Source: Dendrobates tinctorius | Lineage: Eukaryota | DNA: 64,000 bases | Assembly: GCF_039654945.1 (NCBI RefSeq) | Contig: NW_027361692.1 | Location: forward strand, 2,728,001-2,792,000 | Direction of reading: 5' to 3' | In this document: one piece after another, positions 15,396-28,798 of the stretch | Layout of the letters: each line of letters starts with the position of its first letter | How positions within the stretch are numbered: position 1 is the stretch's first letter | Translations under genes and position numbers: made by a program | The notes under the pieces: model-generated | What the model was told of the DNA's origin: nothing | Seen by the model: only the letters and a program-made list of their open reading frames with translations | Database searches by the model: none

Positions 15396-16255
15396 GGAAA
15401 CCTGGGCCGAAAGGTGGCAAATGCAGTTTAATAATGATAAATGTAAGGTTATACACAAGGGAAGAAGGAATCAATATCACCATTACACACTGAATGGGAA
15501 ACCACTGGGTAAATCTGACATGGAGAAGGACTTGGGGATCCTAGTTAATGATAAACTTACCTGGAGCAGCCAGTGCCAGACAGTGGCTGCCAGGGCAAAC
15601 AGGATTATGGGGTGCATTAAAAGAGGTCTGGATACACATGGTGAGAGCATTACACTGCCTCTGTACAAATCCCTGGTTAGACCGCACATAGAGTACTGTG
15701 TGCAGTTTTGGGCACCAGTGCTCAGGAAGGATATAATGAAACTAGAGTGAGTACAAAGGAGGGCAACAAAATTAATGAAGGGGATGGGGGAACTACAACA
15801 CCCAGAGAGATTAGCAAAATTAGGATTATTTAGCCTTGAAAAAAGACGACTGAGGGGCAATCTAAAAACTATGTATAAGTATATAAAGGTGACAATGCAA
15901 ATATCTCTCTGAGGATCTGTTTAAACAAAGGAAGGTGACGGGGGCATTCTCTGCATCTGGAGGAGAGAAGGTTTTTCCACCAACATACGATTTTCCACCA
16001 ACAGAGGATTCTTTACTGTTGGGGCAGTGAGAATCTGGAATTCCTTGCCTGAGGAGGTGGTGATGGCAAACTCAGTCGAAGGGATCAAGAGAGGCCTGGA
16101 TGTCTTCCTGGAGCATAACAATATTATATCTTACAGTTATTAGGTTCTTTAGAAGGACGTAGATCTGGAGATTTATTCTGACAGAACATAGGCTGAACTA
16201 GATGGACAAATGTATTTTTTCAGCCTTGCTAACTATGTTACTATGTTACTATGTT
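15396..16255 (+). mobile_element. 5'-truncated CR1 LINE (ORF2 C-terminus, 3' UTR, (CTATGTTA)n tail)
   Basis: WAERWQMQFN..KCKV..EKDLG..YKSLVRPHIEYCVQFWAP; 3' end CTATGTTACTATGTTACTATGTT. Confidence 0.9.
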
Positions 16256-18320
16256 AATTCCTCAAGAAGTTTATTTTCCAAAATGGGTGTTTCTGCTGTT
16301 TTGGCATGTCAGGGGCTCTTCAAATGTGACATGGCATCAGCAATCTATTTCAATATTAAGCTGAATCAACATTTAAGCTGAATTTTGTGTATTTTTTTCA
16401 TTTTCATGGCTCAATGTAATAAAATTCTGTGAAGAACCTGTGGGTTTAAGGTGCTCACCACAGCTCTAAATAAATTGTTTAATGGGTGTAGTTTCCAAAA
16501 TTGTGATGTTTAGTCATATCAGGGGCTCTGCAAATGTGACATGGCGTCCATTATCTATTCCAGCCAATTCTGCACTCCAAAAGTCAAATTTCCTTGCCAA
16601 GCCCTACTGTGCACTCAACCAGTAGTTTTCCACCACATATGGGATATTGGTGTACTGAAGAGAAATTGCATAAGAAATTGTTTAGTTTATTTTCTCCTAG
16701 TAACATTGTAAAAATGCTAAATTTGGGTGACAGTCAATCATAACTGTGTTTTTTTGGGCTCTCTTTAACAAAGACGGATTACACCTTTTTCTTTAGTTTT
16801 GTAAAAAATGAAAATAGCCTGTTCCTTTTTGAAGGGGCTGTTTGAAAATTGCAATTTCCAATGAAGCATTGCAAGGCCTACTGTATAAAGCTACATAGAC
16901 TGACTTGGCACTCTCCACAAGAAGAAACTTTACCCTCTACACTTCCCTAGAGAACAGCTGAAACACTAGCAAGGGACAATAAAACTTATGGCTTGCTGAA
17001 GAACTTTGAACGAGGCATTGAATGGTTATCTAGTTGTCAGTGTGTGTGAGTGAAGAGGCCTAAATCATAGTTTGAACATCTTGTAACTAGAAGGCCTTTA
17101 TAACTTGATTGGTAAAGAGAAGTTTGAAAGGCAGAACCCTTTAAAACTTAACCTTTCAACAGTAACAGAGAGTTTATTAAAAGTGACAAATAGGCATGAT
17201 GGTTCAGCAGGGTATCGTTACATATAGGCGTAGCCCTTGAAGAGAGAATCCAATTAGATTCCTCCTTAAAAAACACAAAACATTGCATACAGTAGCTATC
17301 ATTATAAAATGAATAATAACGAAAAACATCAAAGGCATAAGGAAGTATGCTCACCTCACCATACGCAGTTCCAAAGTATGGTAAATCATCTGCAGCTTGA
17401 CACAAAATTCAGTCATAACAACTGCCTGTTCACCATTTCAAAGAGTTGTGTGGACCTGGAACCAATACAATGATGACTTATCTCTAGAATATGTTATCAA
17501 TATCACATCAGGGGGATCTGACATGCAACAGTCCCACCAATCATCTGTTATTTGTTCAAGTGTCTTCAGATTTAAATAATTGGAAAGAAGTTGCAAAAAA
17601 TGGCTTCATTCAATATGTAGCAATAGCTTTTGGGTACTGTAGAACAGCTCCTATTCAAAGTAATAGCAGCTGTTCTGCAGTACTGAAAAGTTGCGGCTAC
17701 ACATTTGAAGCAAATTGCTGTCAAGTGTATATGGCTGGTATAGGATAGGTTTTTAATTTGCTGTGATGGGACAATCCCTTTAAGTATAATTTCTCATCAG
17801 GGCATTGTAAAGAATATACCTCATGTGCCTATTAAATTAACAGTACCACTTTTCTTGCCGTCAAATCTAGTAAAGCTTTGTTGCATCTTTCTTTAAGGTT
17901 ATCGATACCTTTTTGTCCCATGTTAAAAAGTAGTCATTGGAAAAAATTTCACTTATTAAGGGATAAAAATACATTTGCCGCAATCTCAACAATAAAATGT
18001 GCAAAGCCTTAAAAGCAGAATTGTGAAAACACATCTGCAAATAAAATCCTGACACTTACGGACTTAGCATTGACTCTAAAACATATTTAAAATTTCCTTG
18101 AAAATGTGTTTTCATTGTTTCATTAATGCAACTAAGGTGACGAAAGATATTAACCTATCTAAAGATTTAGATATTCTGTTTAATTTGTTATTCTGGTAAA
18201 GGTTCGACACTGATTGAGACCTCCATCAAGGAAAAAATTGCACAAAAATAGCATATTTAATATTCCATACACAATTTTTCAATTCAGCAAATATGTCTAA
18301 CTTTGGATAGTCTCATAATA

Positions 18321-18716
18321 GAAGTAGAAGCAAAAACATACAGCAATTTGAATGTGAAGTTTTAGCAAAAATATAAAAAAGATGAGGAAGAGTTTAATTG
18401 GAGTACTTCCAGCTGGATTTAATAATCAATCTGTTACCTTTCACGTTTCACAGATTCCTTCTTGTAAATTTGGGTTTCTGATTAGATAGCACAATCTTGA
18501 TTAATAAATCAGTTCAGCCTCTCTCCAACTGCAAATCACAAAAGGGAAGTGACGGGATAAAGTATTTGTTCTCTTGATGTACAGGTGTTGGGTTTTAATT
18601 GTGAAACATCCCTCAAAAATGCAAGAGTTTTCAACCATTTCTAAAAATAATTCATCTACTTTAACTATTATGCATTTGGTTTAAAAAAAATAACAAAATC
18701 ACCAATTTGACTTTAA
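18321..18716 (-). repeat. ~400-bp inverted duplicate of 8629-8675 + 10348-10691
   Basis: The reverse complement aligns by eye at roughly 88-90% and is colinear once the DD35E element is removed. Confidence 0.85.
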
Positions 18717-18801
18717 TAGTGGCATATTATCAAAGAAAACATATGGCAAAAGCATTTGGGAAAGCAAATCTGCTGAAATAGTGGAAGACATGCCAACATG
18801 T

Positions 18802-20279
18802 TGTTAGGCGTTGGGATTCTCTCTCTGCACAGGATGGATCCCGAACCTTATTTTCTCCTGCGGTCTCCTATTCAGTCTCGACTGCAGTAGATACTGCTCA
18901 GCAAAGACGTCGGTCTCAGCGTCTTGTTCAGACTTGGGCTGTGAGCATTGTTACCGCTGCCTCTCCAGGTTCAGCTATGGTAACTAACAACAGACAGCAG
19001 TGAGCAGTCATTCCTGACACTAAGTCCAGGATTTGCTCTACTGAGCATGCTCGTGAGGTGGTGGCCTCTCATTGGTGGTCATTGTCAGCTGCTCAAGTCC
19101 TGTGCTGGCTACAGATTGACCCGCGATCAAGGCCCTGTCTGATTGGCACAGTCTATAAAAGGATCTTTGGCATGCACATCAGTGCGTAGGATCATGCTTA
19201 TTTGCTCTGTGTGTTGGTGGGCCAGTTACCACCCTGTATGCACGTGTGTCGCTAATAGCACTACGAGTGTGATTCTAGACAGGCAGTATAGGGTGGGAAC
19301 TCCAGCTTGAACTTAGCGTCTGTACCAGGCATCCTCAGGAGCAGGTTCAAAAGCCACCGTGTGTCAGATCAGGTCCAATCGCCAGCGTAATGGGGGTGAG
19401 TTATAGGGACCCCACTATCGTCGATTCCACTATACTCCTGTGACATCTAATGGCATAGCTTAGAGTGCTCTCAGTTTTCATACTGCTCTGTGGAGTAACA
19501 GTCAGGTGCTTTGCACTCTGTTCACACCAAGTGGCATTTGCAACCTACAAAAACAAAGGAGCATAATACCCTCAAAGACAAATACAATCTTAAATTCAGT
19601 AGATTAAAAATACCTTTTATTGCACAAAACCCAAAAAAAGACAAAAAATGAACACAAAAAATAATAATAATAATGGTGACAGTAACAACATAGTAATGGT
19701 GAGGATACAAAAAGTATAAACCTGGACCAAGCCTCTAAGCACAATACTAAGACACAATACCTTAGTTACCCCAAGATTTGCATATATAAAGAGTCATCTG
19801 AATCGAGTCACACCAGGGTTAAAAAAAAAATTAAATAACAGTGTGAATGCAAGGCAACAGAGGGATCAAGAATCAGCTGAACTAAGTGATACTCCTTTCC
19901 AAAAAGTTAAATAGTTGAGGCTAAGAAATATATCTGATCTAATGATCAGTGTTGCCCAAGAAAGGAAAAAGGCAAAAAAAGGGGGAAGGGGCCGCTATTC
20001 CCTAGTTAAAGTGCGGGACATAGTGCGGACAAGGTAAAAAGTGCATATGAGTGCTTACCCATGTGGGTGATTGTGCACGATGATCAGTTAGGACCGTGCT
20101 CCAATGCACGTTTTGCTCACTGGGCTTCCTCGGTGTAACTCGGTGTTTACGGTGCTTACTCGCATCTACAGCACACTTCGCCATTGTTCTCTAGCTGCAG
20201 TTCCTTCATCACTGCACGGTGGACCCCGTGTTGCGATCGCACCATCTCATACATTTGGTGCGATCCGCAAACCCCAACA
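18802..20279. mobile_element. Solo LTR (TG...CA) with an AT-rich internal insertion (~19545-20000)
   Basis: TGTTAGGCG...CCCCAACA flanked by 5-bp TSD CATGT; homologous to the rc of 57085-58003. Confidence 0.75.
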
Positions 20280-22322
20280 CATGTGTTTTTAACTATACTC
20301 GATAACATTTTTTAACATGCATTTTAAGACCTCACTCAAAAGCCTGTTTTTTTGCATATGTGTTGCTTCTATGTTTTTCACTGTTTGAACAAGACCCCAT
20401 TATAGCCTATGAGACTATTCACATGGTCCGCTTTTTTTTGTAGACTGCTTGTCCACAAAAATAACGACCTGTCTGTTTTTGATTAAAGCTATGAATCCAA
20501 GTTGCCAATGCAACTCTTTGGTCCATAAGAAATTTGAACAGCGCACTATTGCATCATAGTTGTATACTAGTTATTTCTATTTTTCACTGACTGCTAGCTG
20601 GGGAAGTATGAAAAACATTCATCATTTTTTTTGTTCCAATAAGAAAACCTGATGAAATACTTATTGTAGAGTGATTTAGAAGAAAAATTATACAAGTCAT
20701 GCACCATAATTGTTATTCTTCTAAATGGGGAGGTATGCTTAAGGCTGTGGTCACATCTGTTTGTGGTTTCCACTATAAACAGAAGTCATGATTGCACGAT
20801 GGACACTGGTGTTGTTGATAGATCATATTCACTTATAATAAAGTCTATTAACTTCTGCCACAGCGTCTGGCGAGTTCTATGCTATGCAGCACTATTTTTA
20901 TTGGCAAAATAACATAATATATTCATCATTTGTGTTTTTTTCCTTTTTTGTCTTATGGTATTAGTTGCCTCTCTTGGTGCCAAATTCTTCAAAATGGTGC
21001 ACGCAATTCATGAATTTGAACGTCAACAATGTACTTTCTTTCTGATTTGAACTGTTTTTATGACTTTTGGTACCAAAAGTCACAAAAAATGCTCCAAATA
21101 GAAACTTGCTCCAAAATACACCGGGGATGGGGGGGATGACTAGAGTGAAGTTGCAACTTTTTAATATGCTGCAATTATTTAATCAAGCTAAAACATCTGC
21201 ATTTTGTAGACTCTGCCCACATATAATATAAACTTTAGAAAAGGAGCAAATAGAATTATTAATTAAGTGCAAGCAAAAAAGGTGCCCAACTCACAAAGCT
21301 AGACAAAAAAACGGCCCAAAGGCAATGATGAAGCGGAGACAAATTCTATTGGTGCCCAGAAAGAATAATGTACTGCACACCAGATTTGTGGTGTATTTCA
21401 AATGCATCATTGCATATATTAAATGTAGCCATTTTATTATGCTTTTTTACAGTGTATATTTAGCTGAGAGAATGCTACCAACTCATGGGTCATCATTGGG
21501 GCTGCATTGAGGCTTCCTACTTCAAGGCTGTGTTCTGACTCATCCTAGAAGCTTGAAGCCTAACTGCATCTCCAAAACACATCAGAATCCAGCTGTCGAT
21601 GGAACAAGAACCTAACACATCAACTGGCAAGCGATAATGATGAGCTTTCCAAGAAACACATACTCCAATATTGTTACGGCTTTTATCTATCTACTGACAG
21701 TGTTTAGAGGAGAAATTACTCATATTTAGATTGATGTGTATGTTATATTTTTTTATTTTATATGTTTTTAAGTAAAATATTTACTTTAGTCTATGTGTAA
21801 ACGGAGTGTTATAAAGACGGTCAAATACAATGAGATATCTAACAGGAACCACCATGCATGCTGTATAGCCTAATTATAGCGGCACTGTATGTTATAATTC
21901 CATGCAGATTTCACAGACAATATGTATGAACAATATAAATAGGGGTCTCTACACTAACATTTTGTGGGCACTGGATTGAAATAGAATTGGTAAGCTTTAT
22001 GCCATCAATACTTTGGTATTATATGATATCCAAAAAAAATAGTGAAATGATTTAGAAAACTTGAGAAATGACCTCTTAATTATTCATTCACCTTGGGCCA
22101 CTCAATATACATGCCAAAGCTTATCAAAGCGAGGGAACTGCTCCTACCCACCAACCAAAAACAAACAATTGAGGCCATTAGTTTAGGATTTTTAAACCAT
22201 AATATTAAAAATAGGGATTCCCATAAAGAACATCCTTACAGTGAAATTTAATGACAAACTATATACTAGGTATCCACTGATAATAGGTTGCTGCCAAACT
22301 AATAGCTTTATGTATACTGTAA

Positions 22323-22717
22323 AGGTACTGTCACACTAAGCAATATCGCTAGCAATATCGCTATAGCTTGTGACGTTATAGCGATATTGCTAGCGACATC
22401 GCTGTGTCTGATACTTACCTACAACCGGCTCCCCCGCTGGTTATCGCTGATCGCGCGAGAACGTTCAGGACCGCTTCTCGTCGTCAGCTTCCTGCGGCGC
22501 TTCCTGTGGAGAGACGAGCGACGCGTGGAGCCGGGCGGGAGGACGCAGGATCGCCTAGTGTGACAGGTAAGTAGTGACCCCCGTCCCCAGCGATGTCGCT
22601 GGTGAGATCTGCCTGTGTGGCAGCTCACTAGCGACCACTTAGCGATGTACCAGCAATCCTGACCGCGTCATATCACTGGTCGGGATCGCTGGTACATCGC
22701 TAAGTGTGACAGTACCT
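22323..22717. mobile_element. Harbinger-type MITE
   Basis: TIR AGGTACTGTCACACT / AGTGTGACAGTACCT with TAA/TTA flanks; internal ATCGCT/AGCGAT repeats. Confidence 0.8.
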
Positions 22718-23511
22718 TTAGCTAAGTTAAAAAGGGGGCTATACTACAGACATTCAAGTATATAGGCTACAATGAGGGTTTTCTTGTGCCCCACACTTTT
22801 ATTATGGCCAAAGATAAATAATATACCATAATTTAGCTACATACATGCTGCACATGCTTACTGCGGTACATAAGTATATTTTGCTGACTACTTACATATG
22901 ACTGTTCTTTATGCCTTGATGATAATGCATTGTAGCCTATATACCGTGCTTGTATATTAGTTTTGCAGCAACCTTTTGTCAGTGAATACATGGTTTATAA
23001 TTTGGTAACTCTACTTCTCTGTATCCTCTTTCAATATAATATAGCTGTGCATTATATTTACACAAAGGGCTTTGCTATACACATTGAGCAGTCATTTTGG
23101 TCTATAATCTGGTATTGGCAGATATACTTCTCTGCACCCCTTTTGATATGGCATAACTGTGTATTCCATTTATATATAAAGGGCTCTGTTCTATACATTG
23201 TGTGGTCATTTTGATCTATTACTTGGACTATAATACCTCTTTGGATTTTACTTTTTGGAATATCTATTCTATTTTGTGCTTTTTATGTCTTTTTCCCATG
23301 TTACCTTTCCATTTTTTGTATATAACTAATTAATCCATTTTGTATTATATATTGCTATTTTTTTATCATTTGTTTTGTATAATTTTCAATAAACAATTTT
23401 TGATACATGATAAAGCCGCCCCCTCTATGTCTCTGTAGGTTCACAGTTTTACACCATGATAGTCTGTTTTTAGACAATAATAGAGTTATCATCCATGTCC
23501 TTGAACTCTGA

Positions 23512-23558
23512 GGTGTGTGCACACGTTGCGGACTAATCCGCAACGTGTGCACATACCC
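23512..23558. mobile_element. 47-bp minimal MITE (two TIRs joined by a 4-nt loop)
   Basis: GGTGTGTGCACACGTTGCGGA-CTAA-TCCGCAACGTGTGCACATACC, with TGA on both sides. Confidence 0.7.
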
Positions 23559-24751
23559 TGAAGGATCATTACTTTTCCGTCACTTGCAGTCTATGTAAGC
23601 TGGTAAGTCCATTCTATCTTCTAATCTAAATACTTACTTTTTAATCCAAATATCTTAATATTTAGGTTTGTTTTCTTTTTTTTACTGTACAGTACATATA
23701 TTACAATTATACCTACACATAACCTCACAGTGATATAAGGGCAACCATCAAACAATGTTAAAAACTAGACAGACCAAATGTGCCTCAAAGACATAGAAAA
23801 TAATGTAAAACTGGAAATAGAAGAAGCAAGAGTACAAGAGTACAGTAGTTTATTACAGTACATTATTGTACTCTGCGGCATTTTTTTTCTATTTCCATTT
23901 CTTTATCCAACTTAGTTCTCTTTGTCTCCCAGGTCTATTTTTATCTATCTTGACCGTAATTGATATCTTTATTTTTATCCCGTTTGTACAATGTATATGA
24001 CTAACTTTCTCATCTTAATAAAAAATGATATTTTTTTATAGCAACTTGAGCATTTATTCTCTTTTTCTTTTTGTGAATTGGTATGTAGGTGTAGTATAAT
24101 AGTTTGGGTTTGTTTTATGATAGAAAATGCCTCTTACAATAGAAAAAGATTACAAGTATTATAGCATAAAAATGTATGACCATTGCATGAAAAGATAAAG
24201 TGTAGGTGTCATCAGTACTTGGGCTGTTCATTTATTAATTTATATTCTTAGCTTGATAGTTGCTCATATATGAGCAGGAATCCTGATCCAGGTGCATTGT
24301 GCTCAATTTAGGGGTATAACTAATGGCTTGTAAGACTTGGCAATGAAGTAATGCAGATTATATCCCCTTCCCAAGTTATACCCTTTTTACCTTGCCGTGG
24401 CAAATGTGGCATCACTAGTGTGTTAATGCGGGAAAGGGTTTAAAAGATGTCTCTAATCTGCTGTAATACTTATTCTCATTGGCCACATTTATTTTTCCAT
24501 CAGCTTGACAAGCCCTTAGAGGGAGTTTTTCTTACAAAAGACATTTATCCTAATTTATCATTTAAATGTGATTTGGAATAACTTCTCAGTCTCCAAAGGA
24601 TGAAGTAACAACTTTCTCTATAAATTAAAGAAAGTTTATTGTAGCTACAAGATCCCTGATCATTGATTGAACAGAACTAGCTCCATTATATTAGAGACAA
24701 ATTATTATAGTAAAATTACGATAGAGTGTACAACACTTTCGGCCATGACTG

Positions 24752-24785
<34 letters not shown>
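24752..24785. repeat. (TA)n microsatellite between two Tc1 TIR ends
   Basis: TA run preceded by CAACACTTTCGGCCATGACTG and followed by ...ATGGCCGAAAGTGTTGG. Confidence 0.85.
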
Positions 24786-24787
<2 letters not shown>

Positions 24788-26972
24788 ACAAAATATGGCC
24801 GAAAGTGTTGGAACCCTTCACATTTTTCCAGAAAGTCAAGTATTTCTTCCAGAGAATTATTGCAATTACAAGTTTTGTTATACACATGTTTATTTCCTTT
24901 GTGTGTATTCTATAGAGCAAAAGAAAGAGAAAGTTCACCTTGTGTAGATCACAACAGACAAAAGGAAAAAACAAAACAAAAAAAACTGATGCTGAAAGTG
25001 CTCACCTGAATAGGTTGTGCAGCTGCAGGCACAACACTGAGCAAGGTAGGACATGTATTCCACTGGCTGCTGTTCCACCATGCTGGTCCAGATATGTAAT
25101 CCAGGGAAAAGCGAGAGTGGCTGAGTATAGCGCTGCCGGTAAGGATTAACATGCCACCAAATGTATTGTAAAACTTGTTTTTTATTTAATGCTATGCATT
25201 TCTGAGCTGGTCCAGCTCCTTTCCCAGGCAATTATCCATACAAAATTCTTTAAAAACATTATATACACTCCCAAAAGGACGTTATCAAACAGGTTCATTG
25301 TTGGTATTAATTACTGAAAATCTGCAGCATTAATGAATAATGGACCGATTTAATATGACTAAGATACATATATAAAGCAACCTGTGCTATAAATATTACA
25401 GCCTAACAATATTACAATGGGATATAAAATCCTTTTAGATACCCCTGTATCGAGAAATCAAAATACTTCATGTTAAATGTTCTCTAATTCTATGCTGTGT
25501 GGTCTATGCACTCGTTCAAACCATTGGGTTTGAGTATGTAAAGCGTAAGTATCCAATAGGACTCTCTATTGATAAGACTTTGTAATCTGTTGGATACATT
25601 GTCAGGTACTTGTTCAAGTATGGTGAGGTGCAGGTTCTTGGGGGTCTCTATTGTGCTCAGTGAGAAAATGCCTAGAAAGGCTATGGCACATAATACCTTT
25701 GCTAATGTTATGTCTATGTCCATTCATCCTGATATGTATTGCTTTGGTCATCCATCCTACATACTGTAATTTACATTCACACTATTAAAAAAATTACAAA
25801 ATCAGAGTTGCAGTGGGCAAAATGTTCAATTGGGAACATTTCTGTGGATGTGGAAGAAAAGAATTTCCTCTCATTTCAAATTATTTTGCAGCAAAGACAA
25901 GTTTTGTATTGTACAGATAAGAACCTATAAATGCAAAATATGGAATTAATGAACAGGACCTCTGTGGCTTGCTAGTTGTAATTCTGCTGGGAGCAATGTG
26001 ATTCTTTTGGTTCATGGTCCTACAGAAGATAATATTGGACTGAACACAGTAATCTTTCTCGCTTGTATGGGATCATTGGTAAGGAGTACCCAGTATTTGG
26101 AAAGAACCTCTGATATTGTTCTATGAGATTGGTTGTAAGTCGTTATGAAACTGTATTTGATCTTTTTCTTTAGTTCCATGTTGCTTACTGTTGATTGTTT
26201 ATATATTTTGATTTCACTAGACAATCTTTTTGTTGTAATCTGAATGTACATTTGAAGACATCATCTAGTAATTTTTTGTGGAAAACTTAGGAAATCTATA
26301 TTGGTTGTCCAGTTTTTTCGTATTCTCCTTGCCTGAGGAAGGAGATAGGACAGCCCTGAAATGCGTAGTAAAAATTAAAAACAAGTTTTATAAGTTTTAT
26401 AATACATTTGGTGGCATCATAGTAATCCTTACCAACAGCCCTATACTCAGCCACTCTCTCTTTTCCCTGGCTTTGTGTGTATTGGAACAACACAAAAAAT
26501 AAGAAAAAAAGGTTAGTTGGACATAATTTCACACAAAACACCCAAAATTGTTGGCATCCCCAACTTAATATTTGCTTGCACACCATTTGGAATAAATAAC
26601 TGCAATCAATCGCTTCCTGTAACCATCAGCATGCATCTTTCACCTTTCAACTGGAATTTTAGACCACTCTTCTTTTACCAACTGCTCCAGGTCTCTCATA
26701 TTTGAAGAGTGCCTTCTCCATACAGCAATTTTAAGATCTCTCCACATGTGTTCAATGGGATTTAGATCAACTTTCTGATCTGGACTTTCCTGCCTTGAAA
26801 CCTTTCATCAATTTTTCTCTGCCATCCATGTCCGGGGATATTAGCTACAGTGCCATGGGTTGTAAACGTCTTGATTATATTGCACACCATGGACAAAGGG
26901 ACATCAAGATCTCTAGAGATAGACTTGTAACCTTGAGATTGTTGATGTTGTTCAATAATTTTGGTTCTCAAG
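24786..26972 (-). mobile_element. Degraded Tc1 relic, left part (continues at 53262-53400)
   Basis: TIR-like start. 26550-26970 resembles the Tc1 at 13329 (GYKSISRDLDVPLS...HGTVAN). Split by the Penelope and hAT insertions. Confidence 0.8.
24910..26470 (-). mobile_element. Penelope-like element remnant (GIY-YIG-end fragments, inverted terminal ~130-bp repeats)
   Basis: Minus-strand peptides FITTYNQ..LSKYWVLLTNDP and LINRESYWILTL..LKPNGLNE. 25100-25230 is the rc of 26330-26470. CTTTGTGTGTATT is duplicated at 24897 and 26471. Confidence 0.7.
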
Positions 26973-28219
26973 TAGAGTTGAGCGACTTTTGCTTTTTTAT
27001 GGTCGAGTTTCGTTTCATGAAACCCGACTTTTCCAAAAGTTGGGTCGAGCAAAATCGGCCGACTATAGGGAAAAGTCGGGGATCCGACTGAAACACGAAA
27101 CCCAATGTAAGTCAATGGGGAATTAAAGTCGGCAGTGAGAGGAGGACAGGAAACACACCTACAGTGCCCATTTGAATGCCAAAAGCATCAATTCTTCTTA
27201 CTTAAGCTTGTCAACCTTAATTAACTTCATAATACTAGTTACGCACTGAAAAATGGGGGTTATTTGGCTAAAGTTGTGGGGGGGTAGGGCTGGCTCCAGG
27301 TTTTCATGTGCCCTGGGCAAAAGAGTGCCCCTTTAACACATACCACAACTCATGATGCTCCGATACGGCAGAGAAATAGCGGTATAGTACAATGAAAAAT
27401 ACTTCACTTTTTACATCTCATGACGAGGCCTATCTATTTCTCCATACAGAATCATTGGTCCCATATAATGTTTGAAATAGTATATGATGAGCTCCACATA
27501 ATGCTACAGTACATGTTGGTCCCCATGGATGAAGCTCCACTGTCTTATGGGCCCAAATAATGCTCCAAACATAATGGGCCCCATTTCTAATGCTCTAGTG
27601 TATAATGGGCCCTTTAAATGCTGCTCCAGTGTCTGATGTCCACCTTTGAAATGTTCCAGTGTATGGTGGGCCCCATCTATGATTCTCCAGAGTATAGTGC
27701 TCCCCAAAAATTGCTGTCCCAACATTGAAAACAATGGAATAAGTCTCCTCGCTAGGGAATCCCTGTAATAGTCTGGACTCCTCGTCGTCCCCATCTTCCA
27801 TCTCACTGCACAGTATTTCAACCTTGCAAGTGCTGTGATCCTGAGCAAGCAGGGGGGGCCCACTCATTGGCTACGGCACTGGCACAGGGTCCCTGATAGT
27901 ACGGTGGTGTGTCTGATGGCGGGTGGGCCGAACCTGCACTTTCATCTGCAGCTTCCTCTTTGTCACCGTGTAAGATGGAACTGTATATGGGAAGGGTAAC
28001 CTGAGTTTCATCAGGGTCAGATTCAGGCCGTGTAGCATGCGAGGGGAATGTAGTGGTCTGGGTCAATGTACCAGCAGATTCATCAAGCAGTGGCTGGGCA
28101 TCAGTGCACTTGTGTCGCCCCCAGGAGTACGGTCGCCACAGTGGCATTACCTTCCTCCTAGGGAGTGTGATGTCATGCTTGGGAGCAACGAAGGATCTCT
28201 CTAGCAGGTTAACTGATTG

Positions 28220-28329
28220 GGCGACGTTATTACCACGAGTCACAACCCTCCAAACAGCGTTCATGAAGGCAAAGTGTTTGTTTTACGTGGGCAGTATGGT
28301 TGCAAAGCTGAACCTTAAAGGAATGTCCA

Positions 28330-28360
<31 letters not shown>

Positions 28361-28715
28361 GTAATTTGACTCAACACGGGCAACCTCAACCATCCAACAA
28401 CAAAAAAGATGCACACATTGCAAGCTTAATTCCGTTAACGAACGAGACTTCGTCATGCCCCGCGGTCCGAGTCCGGCTTACTAGAGGGACACGCGAGGCT
28501 CTGGCACATGAGATTGGCCAATAACTGGTGTGTCAAGCCCTTACATGTCCGTGGCTGCATGTGCGCTACACTGAAAAGGCCAGCATTTTTCACTTACAGG
28601 TGCAGATAACCCGCTGAACAACGTTACTGATGGGGATCTGGGATTACAATTATTACCAGCGAACGATGATTTCCCAGTAAGTGCAGGTCAACTGCAGTTC
28701 CAGAATTAGGCCTAA
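28220..28715 (+). pseudogene. Degenerate 18S rRNA fragment (3' half, roughly V6-V8) captured inside the hAT element
   Basis: Colinear SSU motifs: AGTATGGTTGCAAAGCTGAA, AAGGGCACCACCAGGAGTGGAGCC, AATTTGACTCAACACGGG, TTAATTCCG.TAACGAACGAGAC, GCGCTACACTGA, GATGGGGATC..GGATT.CAATTATT, TTCCCAGTAAGTGC.GGTCA. Many substitutions and an internal deletion. Confidence 0.9.
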
Positions 28716-28798
28716 CCGTCATTCCTGAAAAAATGAAAAACTTACGTGTGCAAACCACAGGTGCTGTAGCTTGCTTAACAGCTCGCCAACTGTTCTCA

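Noticed and set aside
17355-17400. Possible small minus-strand exon (ADDLPYFGTAYGE then GTGAG)
   Set aside because: Too short, weak acceptor, no recognisable homology or partner exons.
28220-28715. Functional rRNA gene or contaminant rDNA
   Set aside because: Partial, substituted at universally conserved positions, internally deleted, no ITS/5.8S/28S.
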